Counted from the first letter of the stretch, positions 50,926-62,149 are shown. The stretch is 64,000 nt of DNA from Terriglobia bacterium (GCA_965198225.1 CBDAOY010000004.1:1-64000); one strand, 5' to 3'. Notes: generated by a model not told the origin, from the letters alone. Numbers and translations are program-made.

Positions 50926-53900
50926 TCACTGCTGCAAGCTCATCCCAAGGAGCCGCTCCAGGCCCTGAATGTGGGCCTGCAGCGCGGTGTTGAGCTCCTC
51001 GTACCGCTCACGCGCGTCCCTGCCCGGCCGTTGGTCGGCCCTGTCCAGGTTGCCGTACAGGTACTGGAGTTGGTCGACCAGCATCGGCCGCGAGTAGCGA
51101 ATAGGCGCGGTCACCAGTTGATCGAGGAGCTCGGTAAGTCTCGCGTCCACGTTTTCAGCCTGCTCCTCGAGCGCATTCTCGAGGTGCGCCGCCGCCAGGC
51201 GCGCGGTGCTGAGGGCATCCCGGACCCGGAGGCTGAGGTCCACCTGTGCAGTGACGTCAGCCGGCGTGATCCCTTCTTCGATAACGCGCGGATCCATCCT
51301 CGCGTCGAACGAGCGCGTGTCGCTCCAGTCCCCTATTGTGAGTCGGGCCTGGTAGGTTCCCTGCGGGGCCATCGGTCCGCCACGCCCGGCGCGGTTCGCG
51401 TTCTCATCCCACGGCCCCGGGTACCGGAGATCCCACACGAACCGATGCATGCCCGCGCTCTTCGGGAGCCGGGCCGTGCCGGCCTGTTCCAGCCGAAAAG
51501 CCACCATCGTTGCCGCTTCGGGCAACCCCGCCGGTTCTTCCGCCTCCTCGCTGGAGAACTCGCGGATCAGATCGCCCCGGGCATCGAGAATCTCGAGCCG
51601 GATCTCAGCGCCGGCCTCGTTGGCCAGGTAGTAGTCGAAGTTCGCCCCGACCCGCGGGTACTGCGGCTCGTCCGGCCTTCGTCCACCGAATCTCCCGCCC
51701 CCAAGCAGGCGGTACGCTTCGCGCACGCCGAAGAGATGCGCGTCGGCCGATGCCACCTGGTCGGAAAGCTCCAGGATGGGCGTGATGTCGTACAAAATCC
51801 AGAAGCCCCGGCCCATGGTCGATAGTACGAGGTCCTTGTTCACGATTTTGATGTCGGTCACCGGAGTGGCCGGCAGATTGAGCTGGAAGGATTGCCAGTG
51901 CTCCCCGTCATCGAAGGAGATGAACATCCCGAACTCGGTTCCCGCATAGAGCAGACCTTCCCGATCCGGATCTTCCCGGACTACGTGCACGGGGTGGTCG
52001 TTCGGGATCCCGTTGTCGCCCGTGGTGATCCGGGTCCATGTCTCACCGTAATTTTCAGTCCTGTAGACGTGGGGCTCGAAATCGCCGAGGAGGTAACGCA
52101 GTACGGAGGCGTACGCCTTGGCCGGGTCGTGGGGCGACACATCGATCGTCTGAACACGGCCGTAGGGGCCGAGGTCCGGAGGGGTCACGTCCGTCCAGTT
52201 CTCTCCGCCATCCCGCGTGATGTGGATCGGGCCATCGTTGGCCCCCACCCAGATCACGCCGGGCTCATGCGGTGACTCCTGGATGTCGTAAATCACGCTG
52301 AAATGTTCCTCACCGGTGGCGTCGATCGTGATGGGCGTCCCCGACACAACCTGCGTTTCCGGAGTAAAGGCCGTCAAGTCGGGAGAGATCGTGTCCCAGG
52401 TCTGGCCTCCGTCCACCGTCACGTGCACGAACTGCGAGGTGTGATAGACCCGGTTCGGGTCGTGGGGCGAGACGTGGACCGGCGCGACCCGCTGGAAACG
52501 ATACGCGAGATCTTTTGGGTTGTGGCCGTAGATGTTCCAGAACCCGACGTAGTACTGCTGCTCCTGCCCGGTCCGTCGGTTGTAGAGCCCAAAGCGCCCC
52601 TTGCAGTTGGCATAGACGATGTCCGGGTCCCCGGGCTTGGGAACGACGGGGCCGGTCTCGCAGCCGCCGTGGCTTTCCCACAGCGCGGTGTGACCGCCCG
52701 GCACGCCGGCCGGGGGGAGGCTCGGAACGGAGATCGTGGAGTTGTCTTGTTGCCCGGCGTAGAGTCTGTAGGCGAACCCGTCGCTCACGTCCACCTGGTA
52801 CAGCTCGGCGGTCGGTTGGTTGTGCTGCGTGGACCAGGTCTCACCGCCGTTCAAGGTGACGTTGGCACCTCCGTCGTTCGACTGGATGAAGATCTCCGGG
52901 TTGTCCGGATTGATCCACATGTCGTGGTTGTCCCCGTGTGGCGTAGGTCGCGACGCCCAGGTCTTGCCGCCATCCTCAGACTTCCAGAAGCCTTCGGCCT
53001 GCCCCCACAGGATGTCCGGGTTCGTCGGATGGGCGTCCAGGTTCAGGTAATAGAACGGACGGTTGAGAATCGGCTGAAAGTCCGTGACCTGAGACCAGCT
53101 GGCGCCACGGTCGTAGGACCGGTACACGCCGCCGTCCGGCTTCGGTGCTTCGATGAGGACGTAGACACGATCGGGGTCGCCGCCCGACACCGCCAGGTCC
53201 GCCTTCCCTCGAAGCCCGTTTGGGAGACCATTCGTCAGATGGGTCCACGTGTCGCCGCCGTCTGCGGACTTATAGACGCCGCCCTCGTAGCCACCGCTGA
53301 TGATCGTCCAGGGCGTCCGCTGGGCAAGCCAGGTCGTCGCGTAAATCTCCCGCGGGTTGTCCGGGGCGAACTCCAGGTCCACCGCGCCCGACCTTTCCGA
53401 TACGAAGAAGACCTTCTCCCAGGACTCGCCCCCATCCTTCGTCCGGTAGACACCACGCTCGGGATTCGGCGCGAAGGTTTCGCCGGCATCGACGGACGTC
53501 GGCGCGAACGGGTTGTAGCCCACGTGCTCCCAGGTTTCGCCGGCATCGACGGACTTGTAGACCCCTTTTCCGATGATGACGTTGCTTCGAAGCCCGTCCG
53601 AACCCGTCGCAACGTAGACGACGTTCGGGTCCGACTCGGCTACACGGATGGCCCCGATGGAGCCCGTGGCGAAGTATCCATCGGACACGGGGTGCCACGA
53701 CTGGCCATAGTCCGTGGTCTTCCAGACACCACCCCCGGTAGCCCCCATGTAAAACGTCGACGGCTGAGCGCGATGGCCGGCGACCGCCGTGACGCGGCCA
53801 CCCCGAGAGGGCCCGATCATCCGGTAGGACAGACCCGAGAACAGGTTCGGGGAGTAGACCTCGTTGCCAGACGAGGATGTAGATTGAGCAACCAGCCCTT

Positions 53901-53958
53901 TTGACAGGCCGATCGTCAGTATCGCTACGGACACCACCACACCGATCTTCGTACGCAT
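50926..53958 (-). CDS. Second VPS10/sortilin-like BNR-repeat protein
   Basis: YRMIGPSRGGRVTAV, Asp-boxes, HGDNHDMWINP, GGCETG. Confidence 0.9.
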   Translation of the reverse strand: MRTKIGVVVSVAILTIGLSKGLVAQSTSSSGNEVYSPNLFSGLSYRMIGPSRGGRVTAVAGHRAQPSTFYMGATGGGVWKTTDYGQSWHPVSDGYFATGSIGAIRVAESDPNVVYVATGSDGLRSNVIIGKGVYKSVDAGETWEHVGYNPFAPTSVDAGETFAPNPERGVYRTKDGGESWEKVFFVSERSGAVDLEFAPDNPREIYATTWLAQRTPWTIISGGYEGGVYKSADGGDTWTHLTNGLPNGLRGKADLAVSGGDPDRVYVLIEAPKPDGGVYRSYDRGASWSQVTDFQPILNRPFYYLNLDAHPTNPDILWGQAEGFWKSEDGGKTWASRPTPHGDNHDMWINPDNPEIFIQSNDGGANVTLNGGETWSTQHNQPTAELYQVDVSDGFAYRLYAGQQDNSTISVPSLPPAGVPGGHTALWESHGGCETGPVVPKPGDPDIVYANCKGRFGLYNRRTGQEQQYYVGFWNIYGHNPKDLAYRFQRVAPVHVSPHDPNRVYHTSQFVHVTVDGGQTWDTISPDLTAFTPETQVVSGTPITIDATGEEHFSVIYDIQESPHEPGVIWVGANDGPIHITRDGGENWTDVTPPDLGPYGRVQTIDVSPHDPAKAYASVLRYLLGDFEPHVYRTENYGETWTRITTGDNGIPNDHPVHVVREDPDREGLLYAGTEFGMFISFDDGEHWQSFQLNLPATPVTDIKIVNKDLVLSTMGRGFWILYDITPILELSDQVASADAHLFGVREAYRLLGGGRFGGRRPDEPQYPRVGANFDYYLANEAGAEIRLEILDARGDLIREFSSEEAEEPAGLPEAATMVAFRLEQAGTARLPKSAGMHRFVWDLRYPGPWDENANRAGRGGPMAPQGTYQARLTIGDWSDTRSFDARMDPRVIEEGITPADVTAQVDLSLRVRDALSTARLAAAHLENALEEQAENVDARLTELLDQLVTAPIRYSRPMLVDQLQYLYGNLDRADQRPGRDARERYEELNTALQAHIQGLERLLGMSLQQ

Positions 53959-54103
53959 GGTTCCATGCCTCCTCGGGAAATCTGTCGCTGTCAAATGGTA
54001 GAGGGGTGGATTATACGCCAGTCGTTTGTCACCACGAAAGTTCCGGGTTGTCACTTGCCGCCTGCAGAATCTACAGACACCAGTATTTCCGGCGTTCATG
54101 GAT

Positions 54104-54472
54104 CTACCGAGTCATCAGCCACAGTATGCGGTCGTAGGAAAGTGCGTAATGTACAGCGGTAGCAATGCCCAAGGTCCATGCTAATGCACGGGAGTCAAGG
54201 TCATACAGAAACCAGCAAGCAAGAGAGAAGATCGCCAACTCTATTCCGAGCCGAAGAACTCCGGGCACAGGAACCGGTGCGGTACCCGATCGACTCGGAT
54301 CGTCGACGACCGCGAAAACGCCCCACATCGCCGCTGCGATTAGCGGAACTCCAGCAGCGAGGATGAGCCTCGTCCAGCCCTCGCCCTGTCGCCAGCCCCA
54401 CCAACCCATGGCAAGTAATGCGGCAAGTTCTAGAAAAAAACGAATGAGAAGGTTAAGCGGATGAGAACCCAT
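54104..54472 (-). CDS. YrdB/DUF2568 family membrane protein
   Basis: NLLIRFFLEL..WGVFAV.DDPSR..VPG.LRL. Confidence 0.8.
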   Translation of the reverse strand: MGSHPLNLLIRFFLELAALLAMGWWGWRQGEGWTRLILAAGVPLIAAAMWGVFAVVDDPSRSGTAPVPVPGVLRLGIELAIFSLACWFLYDLDSRALAWTLGIATAVHYALSYDRILWLMTR

Positions 54473-54581
54473 GTTGAACCGTGTCTTCCCTGATCCACTC
54501 TACCGAGAAGCCGAAGGGGCGCAGACTGGCCCTCTGCATCCTGGTCCCAGGCCATTCAGATGCGGGTCTGGGAGACGCCGC

Positions 54582-55262
54582 TCAGTTAAGGAACTCGACT
54601 GAGACTATGTCCGAGATCCGACGGGACACGATGTTGCCGGCTCGATCGAGTCCGACGAACTTCATGGTCAGTGGAAATGTTCCCGCCGACCCAGTCGCCA
54701 GCCTTTCGACTCTCCCAATAAGGCCAGCCCCGCGCTTCAGCAAGACCCTGCCGGCGTCGCCTTCAAAAAATAAACGGGAGATGTCTCGCAGGTCTAGAAC
54801 GTGCTGAACGCCGGAGGGATCCTGGACAAAGAGTCTTGTGTCATCGAAAGGAATTCCCAGCGTGGACATGGCCGGATCAGCCCCATAGTTCATCTTCAGG
54901 CAATAGATCTCCGTCGCGACATTGTTCACGTCCGTTACCAGCGCATGAATTCCCTTTTCTTGTATCGACGCGACGAGAGATCGCCGCTCTGCTGAGTCGC
55001 TCAGGGCCACACGGATGGTCTTCATATCGTATCGGGCGAACTGAATGACTGCTTGTCCAAGCAGGTCAGCATGAGAGTTCCAATAGTAGTATTCGATCCA
55101 CGTCGGCTCGCCTCCCCTTCCTTCAACCCTGTAAATGACGACGTCCCGTGCGAGTGTTTTCTCACCGCTATCAGTCACTTGGAAGAGGTCATCGGCACGC
55201 AAATAACTTGCCGTGCCAAGAACGATTGGCAGCACATACGCCAGCGTTCTAGCGGTCTTCAT
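54582..55262 (-). CDS. Hypothetical secreted protein
   Basis: GAGGAG RBS, signal peptide, 226 aa, no recognised motif. Confidence 0.6.
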   Translation of the reverse strand: MKTARTLAYVLPIVLGTASYLRADDLFQVTDSGEKTLARDVVIYRVEGRGGEPTWIEYYYWNSHADLLGQAVIQFARYDMKTIRVALSDSAERRSLVASIQEKGIHALVTDVNNVATEIYCLKMNYGADPAMSTLGIPFDDTRLFVQDPSGVQHVLDLRDISRLFFEGDAGRVLLKRGAGLIGRVERLATGSAGTFPLTMKFVGLDRAGNIVSRRISDIVSVEFLN

Positions 55263-55398
55263 TGTCGCTCCTCAATTTCTTGCCTGGCTCCCAATTCTCC
55301 GGTAAGGCACAACAATACGGCCAGGTGGATTGTCGCGGCCTGCTGATGTGCTGTAGTCGAAAATCAGTGCCGGGAACCAGGTCCGCCGGGACGTGCTT

Positions 55399-56745
55399 TC
55401 AGCTTAGGAGACGGATGTGAACCGTCGTGCCAACTCCGACCGTACTGTCGATCCAGATGCGGCCACCGATCTCGTCGATGGTTCTCTTGCAGGTGGGAAG
55501 ACCGATTCTCAGGCCGATCCGTTCCCCGGTCGCCTTCTTCGTAAAACCGAACTCGAATATCCCCGACAGCACTTCTTCGGGTATGCCGGGCCCGTGGTCG
55601 GCGATCTGGGCTTCTACCTCGCCCTCGCGCGTGGTGAGCTGTATCGACACCTCGCCGGTTTCCGACGCATCCAGGGCATTCTGAATCAGTGTCAGAAAGG
55701 CTCGATTCAGCTTCGATGGATAACACTCGACCATTGCGGCTGGTGCGATGTTCTTCCTGATCCGCTCACGCTCCTCCTCGGATCCAAGGATTCCCAGCGC
55801 GCTATCGATACTCTCACGCACGTCGATCACCTGGCGGTCCGCTTCGTCGAAGGCGACGAACTGCTTCAGGTTGTCGACGGTGGCGGCGATACGAGTGCTA
55901 CTTTCCTCGACGGTCTTCACGACGTCTGACCCAACGCCTATCGCCCTGCGCACGCTCTGGGCTCCCGCGTCCTCCTCCGATCGGGATTCAACGTACAGGC
56001 GACATCGCTCCATGATCGTTCGAAAGGTGTCTGCCGCCGACTGAAGCACGCCCAGCGGAGTGTTGGTCTCATGTAAAATGCCCGCGACGAGACGACCGAC
56101 GGCCGCCTGCTTTTCAGCCTCGACGAGTTGGCTGCGAGCCAGTGCGAAGGCCTCCGCCTGCTCTTTCTCCCGTATCAGCGCCGCTTCCTTGTCTGACCTT
56201 TCCTCCTGTAGGCGGTCCTCCGCCTGCTCGAGGCCTCGAATGAAGTAGTAGATTATCGCGCCAACAGAGAGAAGTGCGACAACGAAGTTGACAGCGCCGA
56301 TTCTGGCCACAATCTCGACGGTCTCGGGCGAAAGCGGACCACTCGTCGGTGCCACGCTCCAGGTCGTCAAAGCAGCGACGAGGCCGACGCCCAGCAACAG
56401 CCATGTATGTCTGCGGTAAGTCCGTTCAAACAGCAAGAACGGCGCGATCACGATTGCGGGCAGAAAGTTGAGGTAGCCGCCAAGAGCGCCGAAGTAGGTC
56501 CCGAAGGCGACCACGTGAACCGTGGCCTCCAGCATCATCAGCCATACGGACACTTTCGGTCGACCGAGCCAGAGAAGGACTACGCACCCGCACCAGAGTG
56601 CCACGGACGCCACGTTGATGACGGCAATCTCTCCGAGTCCAAACCACGCGTAGTACCCTGCCAGCCCCGCGTGCGTCAAACCGCCCGAGGTCGCGGCGTA
56701 CAATCGCGGCAGGCTGTGCGGAGCGTCATCGCGGCTAGGAAACAT
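55399..56745 (-). CDS. Membrane sensor histidine kinase (orphan)
   Basis: About 6 TM helices; GILHETNTPL H-box, QNALDA, DHGPGI, FEFGFTKK, IGL. Confidence 0.9.
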   Translation of the reverse strand: MFPSRDDAPHSLPRLYAATSGGLTHAGLAGYYAWFGLGEIAVINVASVALWCGCVVLLWLGRPKVSVWLMMLEATVHVVAFGTYFGALGGYLNFLPAIVIAPFLLFERTYRRHTWLLLGVGLVAALTTWSVAPTSGPLSPETVEIVARIGAVNFVVALLSVGAIIYYFIRGLEQAEDRLQEERSDKEAALIREKEQAEAFALARSQLVEAEKQAAVGRLVAGILHETNTPLGVLQSAADTFRTIMERCRLYVESRSEEDAGAQSVRRAIGVGSDVVKTVEESSTRIAATVDNLKQFVAFDEADRQVIDVRESIDSALGILGSEEERERIRKNIAPAAMVECYPSKLNRAFLTLIQNALDASETGEVSIQLTTREGEVEAQIADHGPGIPEEVLSGIFEFGFTKKATGERIGLRIGLPTCKRTIDEIGGRIWIDSTVGVGTTVHIRLLS

Positions 56746-57476
56746 GGCTCTTCACTCGGACCAGTTTGACTGGGTTAGCGATCCCGCTTCGAATCAGCCC
56801 AGAGTAGTGACCTGGGGATTTCTCGATGAGAACGGACGGTCTCAATCCGTCACGCCCTGGCACACGCGCTGATGACCGGATTCGATATCAGCACCCTACT
56901 GGCATCAGACTCCACTTGACGAAAGTCATCGAGCAAGGAGTTAAACTCCGCTGAGTCCATATGACCGGCACTCACGAGCGCCTGACCAATTGCCTCAAAC
57001 GTCCAGGTATGCATTCGCCTGACCGCTCTTCTCAAGGTCGAGACTTGCAAGATGGGAAGCCGTATAGGGATTCAGGAGGTTAGCCAGAAGCTGCTGCCGT
57101 GCGAGATTCTTTTCGCTGATCGTATATGCCATATCACTCTTATACTCCGACCCCCTGACAGCAGAGCAGATGTTTCATCAAACGTTCTTCCAGCGATCCC
57201 GCCCGTCACCTTGCAGCCATCCCGTGAGCCGCGGCGAAGCTCCGGGCGTCCGAAGAAGCGTAGCCATTTGTCGTTGATGGCCAGCGATTCGCCGCGCCCA
57301 CAACGGTCAAATGTAAAATGTTCAATGTCCAATCGGGACGCTCGACACAAGCACCACGTCGTTTACCCGTGCAATGGGCTGCGACGAGCGAGAGGCTCTC
57401 ATCGATCATCCACAACGCGATTCCCGACACTGAGGAGGCTAGACTTGCCTCTTCGCACTCCTGCATACTGCCTTCC

Positions 57477-58571
57477 ATGCTGGACCCACTCCGTTTGAAC
57501 CGCTTGTTCTCAGCACTGATGAGCAGTTTTCTGCTCTCCATAGCCATCGGTCTCGCCATGTCGGCGACTCCGGTCATCGCTCGCGCTCAGGAAGATCTGC
57601 CGCGGATCGTGGTCCTGGCGACGGGCGGTACGATCGCCAGCACGTACGACGACACGATCGGTGCGCTGCGCGTCGCCTTAACAGGCGACGAGATCGTCAA
57701 CGCGGTCCCGGGCCTGGACGAGATCGCTCGGATCACTGTCGAACAGGTTGCGAACGTGAACAGTCGGAACATGACCCCCGCCATCTGGCTCCGACTCTCC
57801 AGGAGGGCGAACGAGCTCCTCGCTATGCCTGATGTCGCCGGCGTCGTGGTAACGCACGGCACGGACACGCTCGAGGAGACGGCATATTTTTTGGATCTCA
57901 CGGTGACGAGCGACAAGCCGGTCGTCGTGGTCGGCGCGCAGCGAGCTCCCGCCAACTACGACTCCGACGGACCGCGAAACATGCTGAACGCGGTCCGCGT
58001 CGCTGCGTCTCCAGAAGCGGTCGGTATGGGCACGATGGTCGTGATGAACGGACAAATTAACGCAGCACGGGAGGTCACCAAGACCAACACACTCGACGTT
58101 GAGACCTTCCAAACGCTCGACTTTGGTCTTCTCGGCGTCGCGGATGTCGAGAAAGTCCGCTTCTACAGGGCGCCGTTCCGTCGCCAAACCATCGCGCTCG
58201 ATACAGAAGTCGAGCTGCCGAACGTCGTGATCTTCAGTGAATATGCAGGATCCGATGGCCGGTCCATTGAGCTGCTTCTCGAAGACGGGAACCTTGACGG
58301 AGTTGTCATCGCGGGCCTTGGCCTCGCGCACGTGAGCGATCGGACACTGGAAGCCCTGCGCGCGGTGCGCGAACGCGGAATTCCGGTCGTGGTCAGTTCG
58401 CGGGTACTGACCGGACGGATCGTCCCGCTATACGCCAACAACGTCGAACTGTTGAACATCGGCGCCGTACAAGCGGACAACCTGAGTCCCCAGAAAGCCC
58501 GGGTACTGCTCATGGTTGCGATGACGAAGTCCACCGATACAGAGGAGCTCCGACGTTACTTCAGCCGCTGA
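57477..58571 (+). CDS. Secreted L-asparaginase (type II-like)
   Basis: LATGGTIA, VTHGTDTLEETAYFL, GAQR..SDGPRN, VTKTNT, LSPQKARVLL. Confidence 0.93.
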   Translation: MLDPLRLNRLFSALMSSFLLSIAIGLAMSATPVIARAQEDLPRIVVLATGGTIASTYDDTIGALRVALTGDEIVNAVPGLDEIARITVEQVANVNSRNMTPAIWLRLSRRANELLAMPDVAGVVVTHGTDTLEETAYFLDLTVTSDKPVVVVGAQRAPANYDSDGPRNMLNAVRVAASPEAVGMGTMVVMNGQINAAREVTKTNTLDVETFQTLDFGLLGVADVEKVRFYRAPFRRQTIALDTEVELPNVVIFSEYAGSDGRSIELLLEDGNLDGVVIAGLGLAHVSDRTLEALRAVRERGIPVVVSSRVLTGRIVPLYANNVELLNIGAVQADNLSPQKARVLLMVAMTKSTDTEELRRYFSR

Positions 58572-58639
58572 AGTCAGCAGCCTGTGGCAAAACCCTGAAG
58601 GGTCGCTGACCGCTTTTCGTCTCTGGGAGTCTTCCGCGA

Positions 58640-59710
58640 TCACTCGCGGGGATTGCGGCGCGCGAAGTCGTCGGCAATCTCATCAAAGGTCACGAAGCGC
58701 ACCCCCACCTTGGCCTTCATGTACGCAATGAGCCGTTCGAGCATCAGCAGAACCTGAGGTCGTCCGGAGACATCTGGATGTATCGTCATGGTGAAGACCG
58801 CGTACTGGTTCTCGCGGTACACCCAGTCGAACTGGTCCTTCCACATCTGCTCGAGGTCGCGAGGGTTCACGAAGCCGTGGCTGTTGGGCGCAGCCTTGAT
58901 GAACATCATCGGGGGAAGATCGTCGAGGTACCAGTTGGCTGGAATCTCAATGAGATCGGTCTCGACACCGCGTACCAGGGGTTTCATCCACTCCGAAGCA
59001 GGCTTGCTGTAGTCGATCTTCGTCCATGTGTCTTCCCGACGGACGTAGTAGGGGTGGAAATCGTCGTGCATCAGACTGTGGTCGTATTTGATGCCTCGCT
59101 CAAGTAGCAACTCGGGTGTAAACGAGCTGAACTCCCACCATGGCGCGACGTACCCCGTTGGTTTCCTGCCCGTCAGCTCCGTGATCAGTTCGATGCTCTT
59201 GTCCAGAACCGCCGCTTCCTGTTCGCGCGTCATCGAGATCGGGTTCTCGTGGCTATAGCCATGGATGCCGACCTCGTGCCCCGCCTCGGCAACCGCCTTC
59301 ATCTGATTCGGAAATGTCTCAATCGAGTGCCCTGGAATAAACCAGGTCGTCTTGATGTCCGTGTCTTTGAACAATTTGAGCAGGCGGGGGGATCCGACTT
59401 CCCCCGCGAACATGCCTCGCGAAATGTCATCCGGTGAGTCCTGTCCCCCGTAGGAGCCAATCCATCCGGCTACGGCGTCGACATCCACGCCGAATGCGAC
59501 GAGGATTTCCTTGTCCGTGTCCTGTGCGCCGAGGTTCCTGGTGAATCCCGCGATCGCCAGAATCGTGATTGCCAGTGTCGTTGCAGCCAACTTTGCGACC
59601 CCGAACAGGCTCGGTAGCCGGCTCGGGGCAGTCCGAATCGCCAGGTCGTTGGCGCGTGTGGGGCCACTCGTCATGTCGTTCTCCATGTTTGTGGGTTTGT
59701 CCTGCGTCAC
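58640..59710 (-). CDS. Polysaccharide deacetylase (HP0310/PuuE-like) with N-terminal signal-like extension
   Basis: [45 protein letters not shown]. Confidence 0.92.
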   Translation of the reverse strand: MTQDKPTNMENDMTSGPTRANDLAIRTAPSRLPSLFGVAKLAATTLAITILAIAGFTRNLGAQDTDKEILVAFGVDVDAVAGWIGSYGGQDSPDDISRGMFAGEVGSPRLLKLFKDTDIKTTWFIPGHSIETFPNQMKAVAEAGHEVGIHGYSHENPISMTREQEAAVLDKSIELITELTGRKPTGYVAPWWEFSSFTPELLLERGIKYDHSLMHDDFHPYYVRREDTWTKIDYSKPASEWMKPLVRGVETDLIEIPANWYLDDLPPMMFIKAAPNSHGFVNPRDLEQMWKDQFDWVYRENQYAVFTMTIHPDVSGRPQVLLMLERLIAYMKAKVGVRFVTFDEIADDFARRNPRE

Positions 59711-59909
59711 ATGATCGCAGACGCAGCAGCGGGTTCGCTACAGAGACATAGTGGCGGCTCCCGTAGGGCGTCCATCTGGACTGCCGCGAACGACCGGGTG
59801 ACGATGCAAGAGCAGCGACTTGTGTCGACCGGTCTGAACCAGCCAGTCACGCTCATCGGATCCTGGATGCCGGCCTCAAGTTCAAGCCCCTGCCAAGCGT
59901 TCGGATCGT

Positions 59910-60164
59910 TCATGATCTCCTGGCCAAACGACCCGCTTGCCGAATGGTGGCTATATTCGGGTGGTTCAACGGGGCGAGTAGTTTGGCTTCACGTTCAAAC
60001 CGGGCGAGACGTTCTCGATCCTTGGCGAACTCTTCGGGCAAGGTCTTGATCGCCATTTCGCGTCCGAGCCTGGAGTCCCACGTGAGCCACACCTTGCCCA
60101 TCTCGCCCTTTCCGAGGGCTGAAACGACTTCGTGGTGCGCGAGTTTCGAACCGGGCTGGATCAC
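59910..60164 (-). pseudogene. 5' stub of Ser/Thr kinase gene
   Basis: [65 protein letters not shown]. Confidence 0.9.
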
Positions 60165-60436
60165 GCCTGAATAAGACTACAGGAAGGAGTTGGGGTCAAT
60201 CAGAAGGTCACATCCCTGATAAACCGCCTAGCCTGACATCTGAATTGAACCTGAATTCATAGGGTTTCGTGAAAATCCAACTTACCGCGATGGCGACCAT
60301 CCGGACAAGTGGAATTGCTGCACTACTGTTCAGACGATATTCAAGACGGTTACTGAGGATAGGAATGCGGAGTCAGCGATGAGAAGAGAACGAAGACGCT
60401 ACGGGACCGGCACCCCCGTTCCTTCAGTTCTTCAAA
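60148..60436 (-). repeat. Kinase-junction repeat copy B (spacer + FEELKER..VPVP* remnant)
   Basis: Core cgcctagcctgacatctgaattga..attcat.gggttt..gtgaaaatccaacttaccgcgatggcgac shared with 62244-62316. Confidence 0.88.
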
Positions 60437-60527
60437 TCATTTCCGGACGGTGTCGACTCCCGGGGCAGTGGGATTGCGGCAAATCATTTCCGGACGGTGT
60501 CGACTCCCGGGGCAGTGGGATTGCGGC
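60434..60527 (+). repeat. Perfect 47-bp tandem duplication
   Basis: aaatcatttccggacggtgtcgactcccggggcagtgggattgcggc x2. Confidence 0.95.
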
Positions 60528-60737
60528 ATCAATTCAACGTTGCTCTCAGTTCTTCGACCCAATTCTCGATAACGATCAACGATTGAGTTGATCGAAGCTG
60601 GCCCGCAAAAGCCGACGATACATGGACGGTCGGCAGCTCGAGCGTACGTGCTCGTCGAGCTCATCCTCGCGCACTGGACGGCGACCGAACATAGACGGCC
60701 CCCACATCCAGAGTGGAGGGGAGACCGAGGATCGTTT

Positions 60738-61877
60738 TCAGTTCTTCGGTGTCAGTTTGAGCATGCGCCCGCTTCTGTCGTCTGCGTCGTCCTCCAGAAC
60801 CCAGATGGCGCCTTCCGGCCCCTCGACAACGCTCCGAATTCGCGCACCCATGTCGTAGCGCTCGACCTCGCGGGCATGGTCGCCGTCGAGCTCGATGCGC
60901 ATGATCGCCTGGGACGAGAGGCCTGCGACGAACGCATCATCGCGCCAGTCGGAGAACAGATCGCCGCGATAAATCATCAAGTCACCGGGCGAGATGACGG
61001 GTGACCACCACACTCCCGGTTCTTCGAATTCCGGATGCGTGTCGTGGTCGGGTATCTCACGCCCGTCGTAATGGTTGCCGTTGGAGACGGTCGGATAGCC
61101 GTAATTCGCTGCACGCAGGATCCGGTTCAGCTCGTCACCGCCCCGCGGCCCCATTTCGATATCCCAGAGCTGACCGTCGAGACCGAATGCCAGCCCAAGC
61201 ACATTGCGGTGGCCCAGCGACCACACCTGCCCATAGACCCCTTCATCGTCGACCAGCGGATCCTCGTCGAAGTAGTTGACGAAAGGATTGTTGTCCGGAA
61301 CCGAACCGTCGTCGTGCAAGCGCAGGATCTTGCCCAAGTTCGCTTGCATGTCCTGGGCCGGCGTGAATTTCTGGCGGTCGCCAGACGAGATCCACAGATA
61401 ACCATCGTCGTCAAACAACAGCCTGTGCCCGTAGTGGCCGTAACCGACGACCTTGGGATACTGGCGCCAGATGACTTCGAAGTCGGATAGTCTTCCGCCG
61501 CGTCTGGTCTCGTTCAGCACCGCGCGGGCGACTGCTGCGCCCCGTGCATCGCCCACACCGGACTCGGCGTAGCTCAGGTAAATCATGTGGTTCTCGGCAA
61601 AATTCGGGTGCACAGCGACATCACCCAGACCGCCCTGACCGCCGTAAGCGACGTCCGGCATGCCGCGGATGCCCCGAGACTTCTCACCGTCCTGGGTGAC
61701 GATGAACAAGTTGCCCTTCTTTTCCGTCACCAACATGCGCCCGTCCGGCAGGAAGGCCAGGGCCCAGGGGTCGTCGAATGAGGTAATGGACTCGACCTCG
61801 AATGGCAGTTCCATTTGTGCTCGTGCCCCAGCCGCCATGAACATGCTCAACCCAATTACTAAGATTCGTCTAGCCAT
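60738..61877 (-). CDS. PQQ-dependent sugar dehydrogenase (YliI/Asd-like)
   Basis: PWALAFLPDG, GQGGLGDV, GKILRL.DDG.VP.NNPF, SLGHRN, EMGPRGGDELN..NYGYP. Confidence 0.93.
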   Translation of the reverse strand: MARRILVIGLSMFMAAGARAQMELPFEVESITSFDDPWALAFLPDGRMLVTEKKGNLFIVTQDGEKSRGIRGMPDVAYGGQGGLGDVAVHPNFAENHMIYLSYAESGVGDARGAAVARAVLNETRRGGRLSDFEVIWRQYPKVVGYGHYGHRLLFDDDGYLWISSGDRQKFTPAQDMQANLGKILRLHDDGSVPDNNPFVNYFDEDPLVDDEGVYGQVWSLGHRNVLGLAFGLDGQLWDIEMGPRGGDELNRILRAANYGYPTVSNGNHYDGREIPDHDTHPEFEEPGVWWSPVISPGDLMIYRGDLFSDWRDDAFVAGLSSQAIMRIELDGDHAREVERYDMGARIRSVVEGPEGAIWVLEDDADDRSGRMLKLTPKN

Positions 61878-62149
61878 TTATTAGCCTCGTTTGTTACGCG
61901 TTTTGTCGATCGATATGTCGTTTAGATAGAGTTCATCACAGCTACGCAACGCCGGTGCTGTATTCGTTCAGTGTGTGCAAGTGGTGATGATGGCCGTTTA
62001 CTGACCGCTCAGGCCCTCGTTCCACGCCTTCTCTATCACTGGCCGAACGACTTTCGCAGATTCGAGCGACCCGTTTATGCTCAGGCCGGATGGAAGTGCA
62101 GCAAGTCGTTTCGGTAAAGCTCGACCCGAGGATTGCCTGCGGAATCGAA

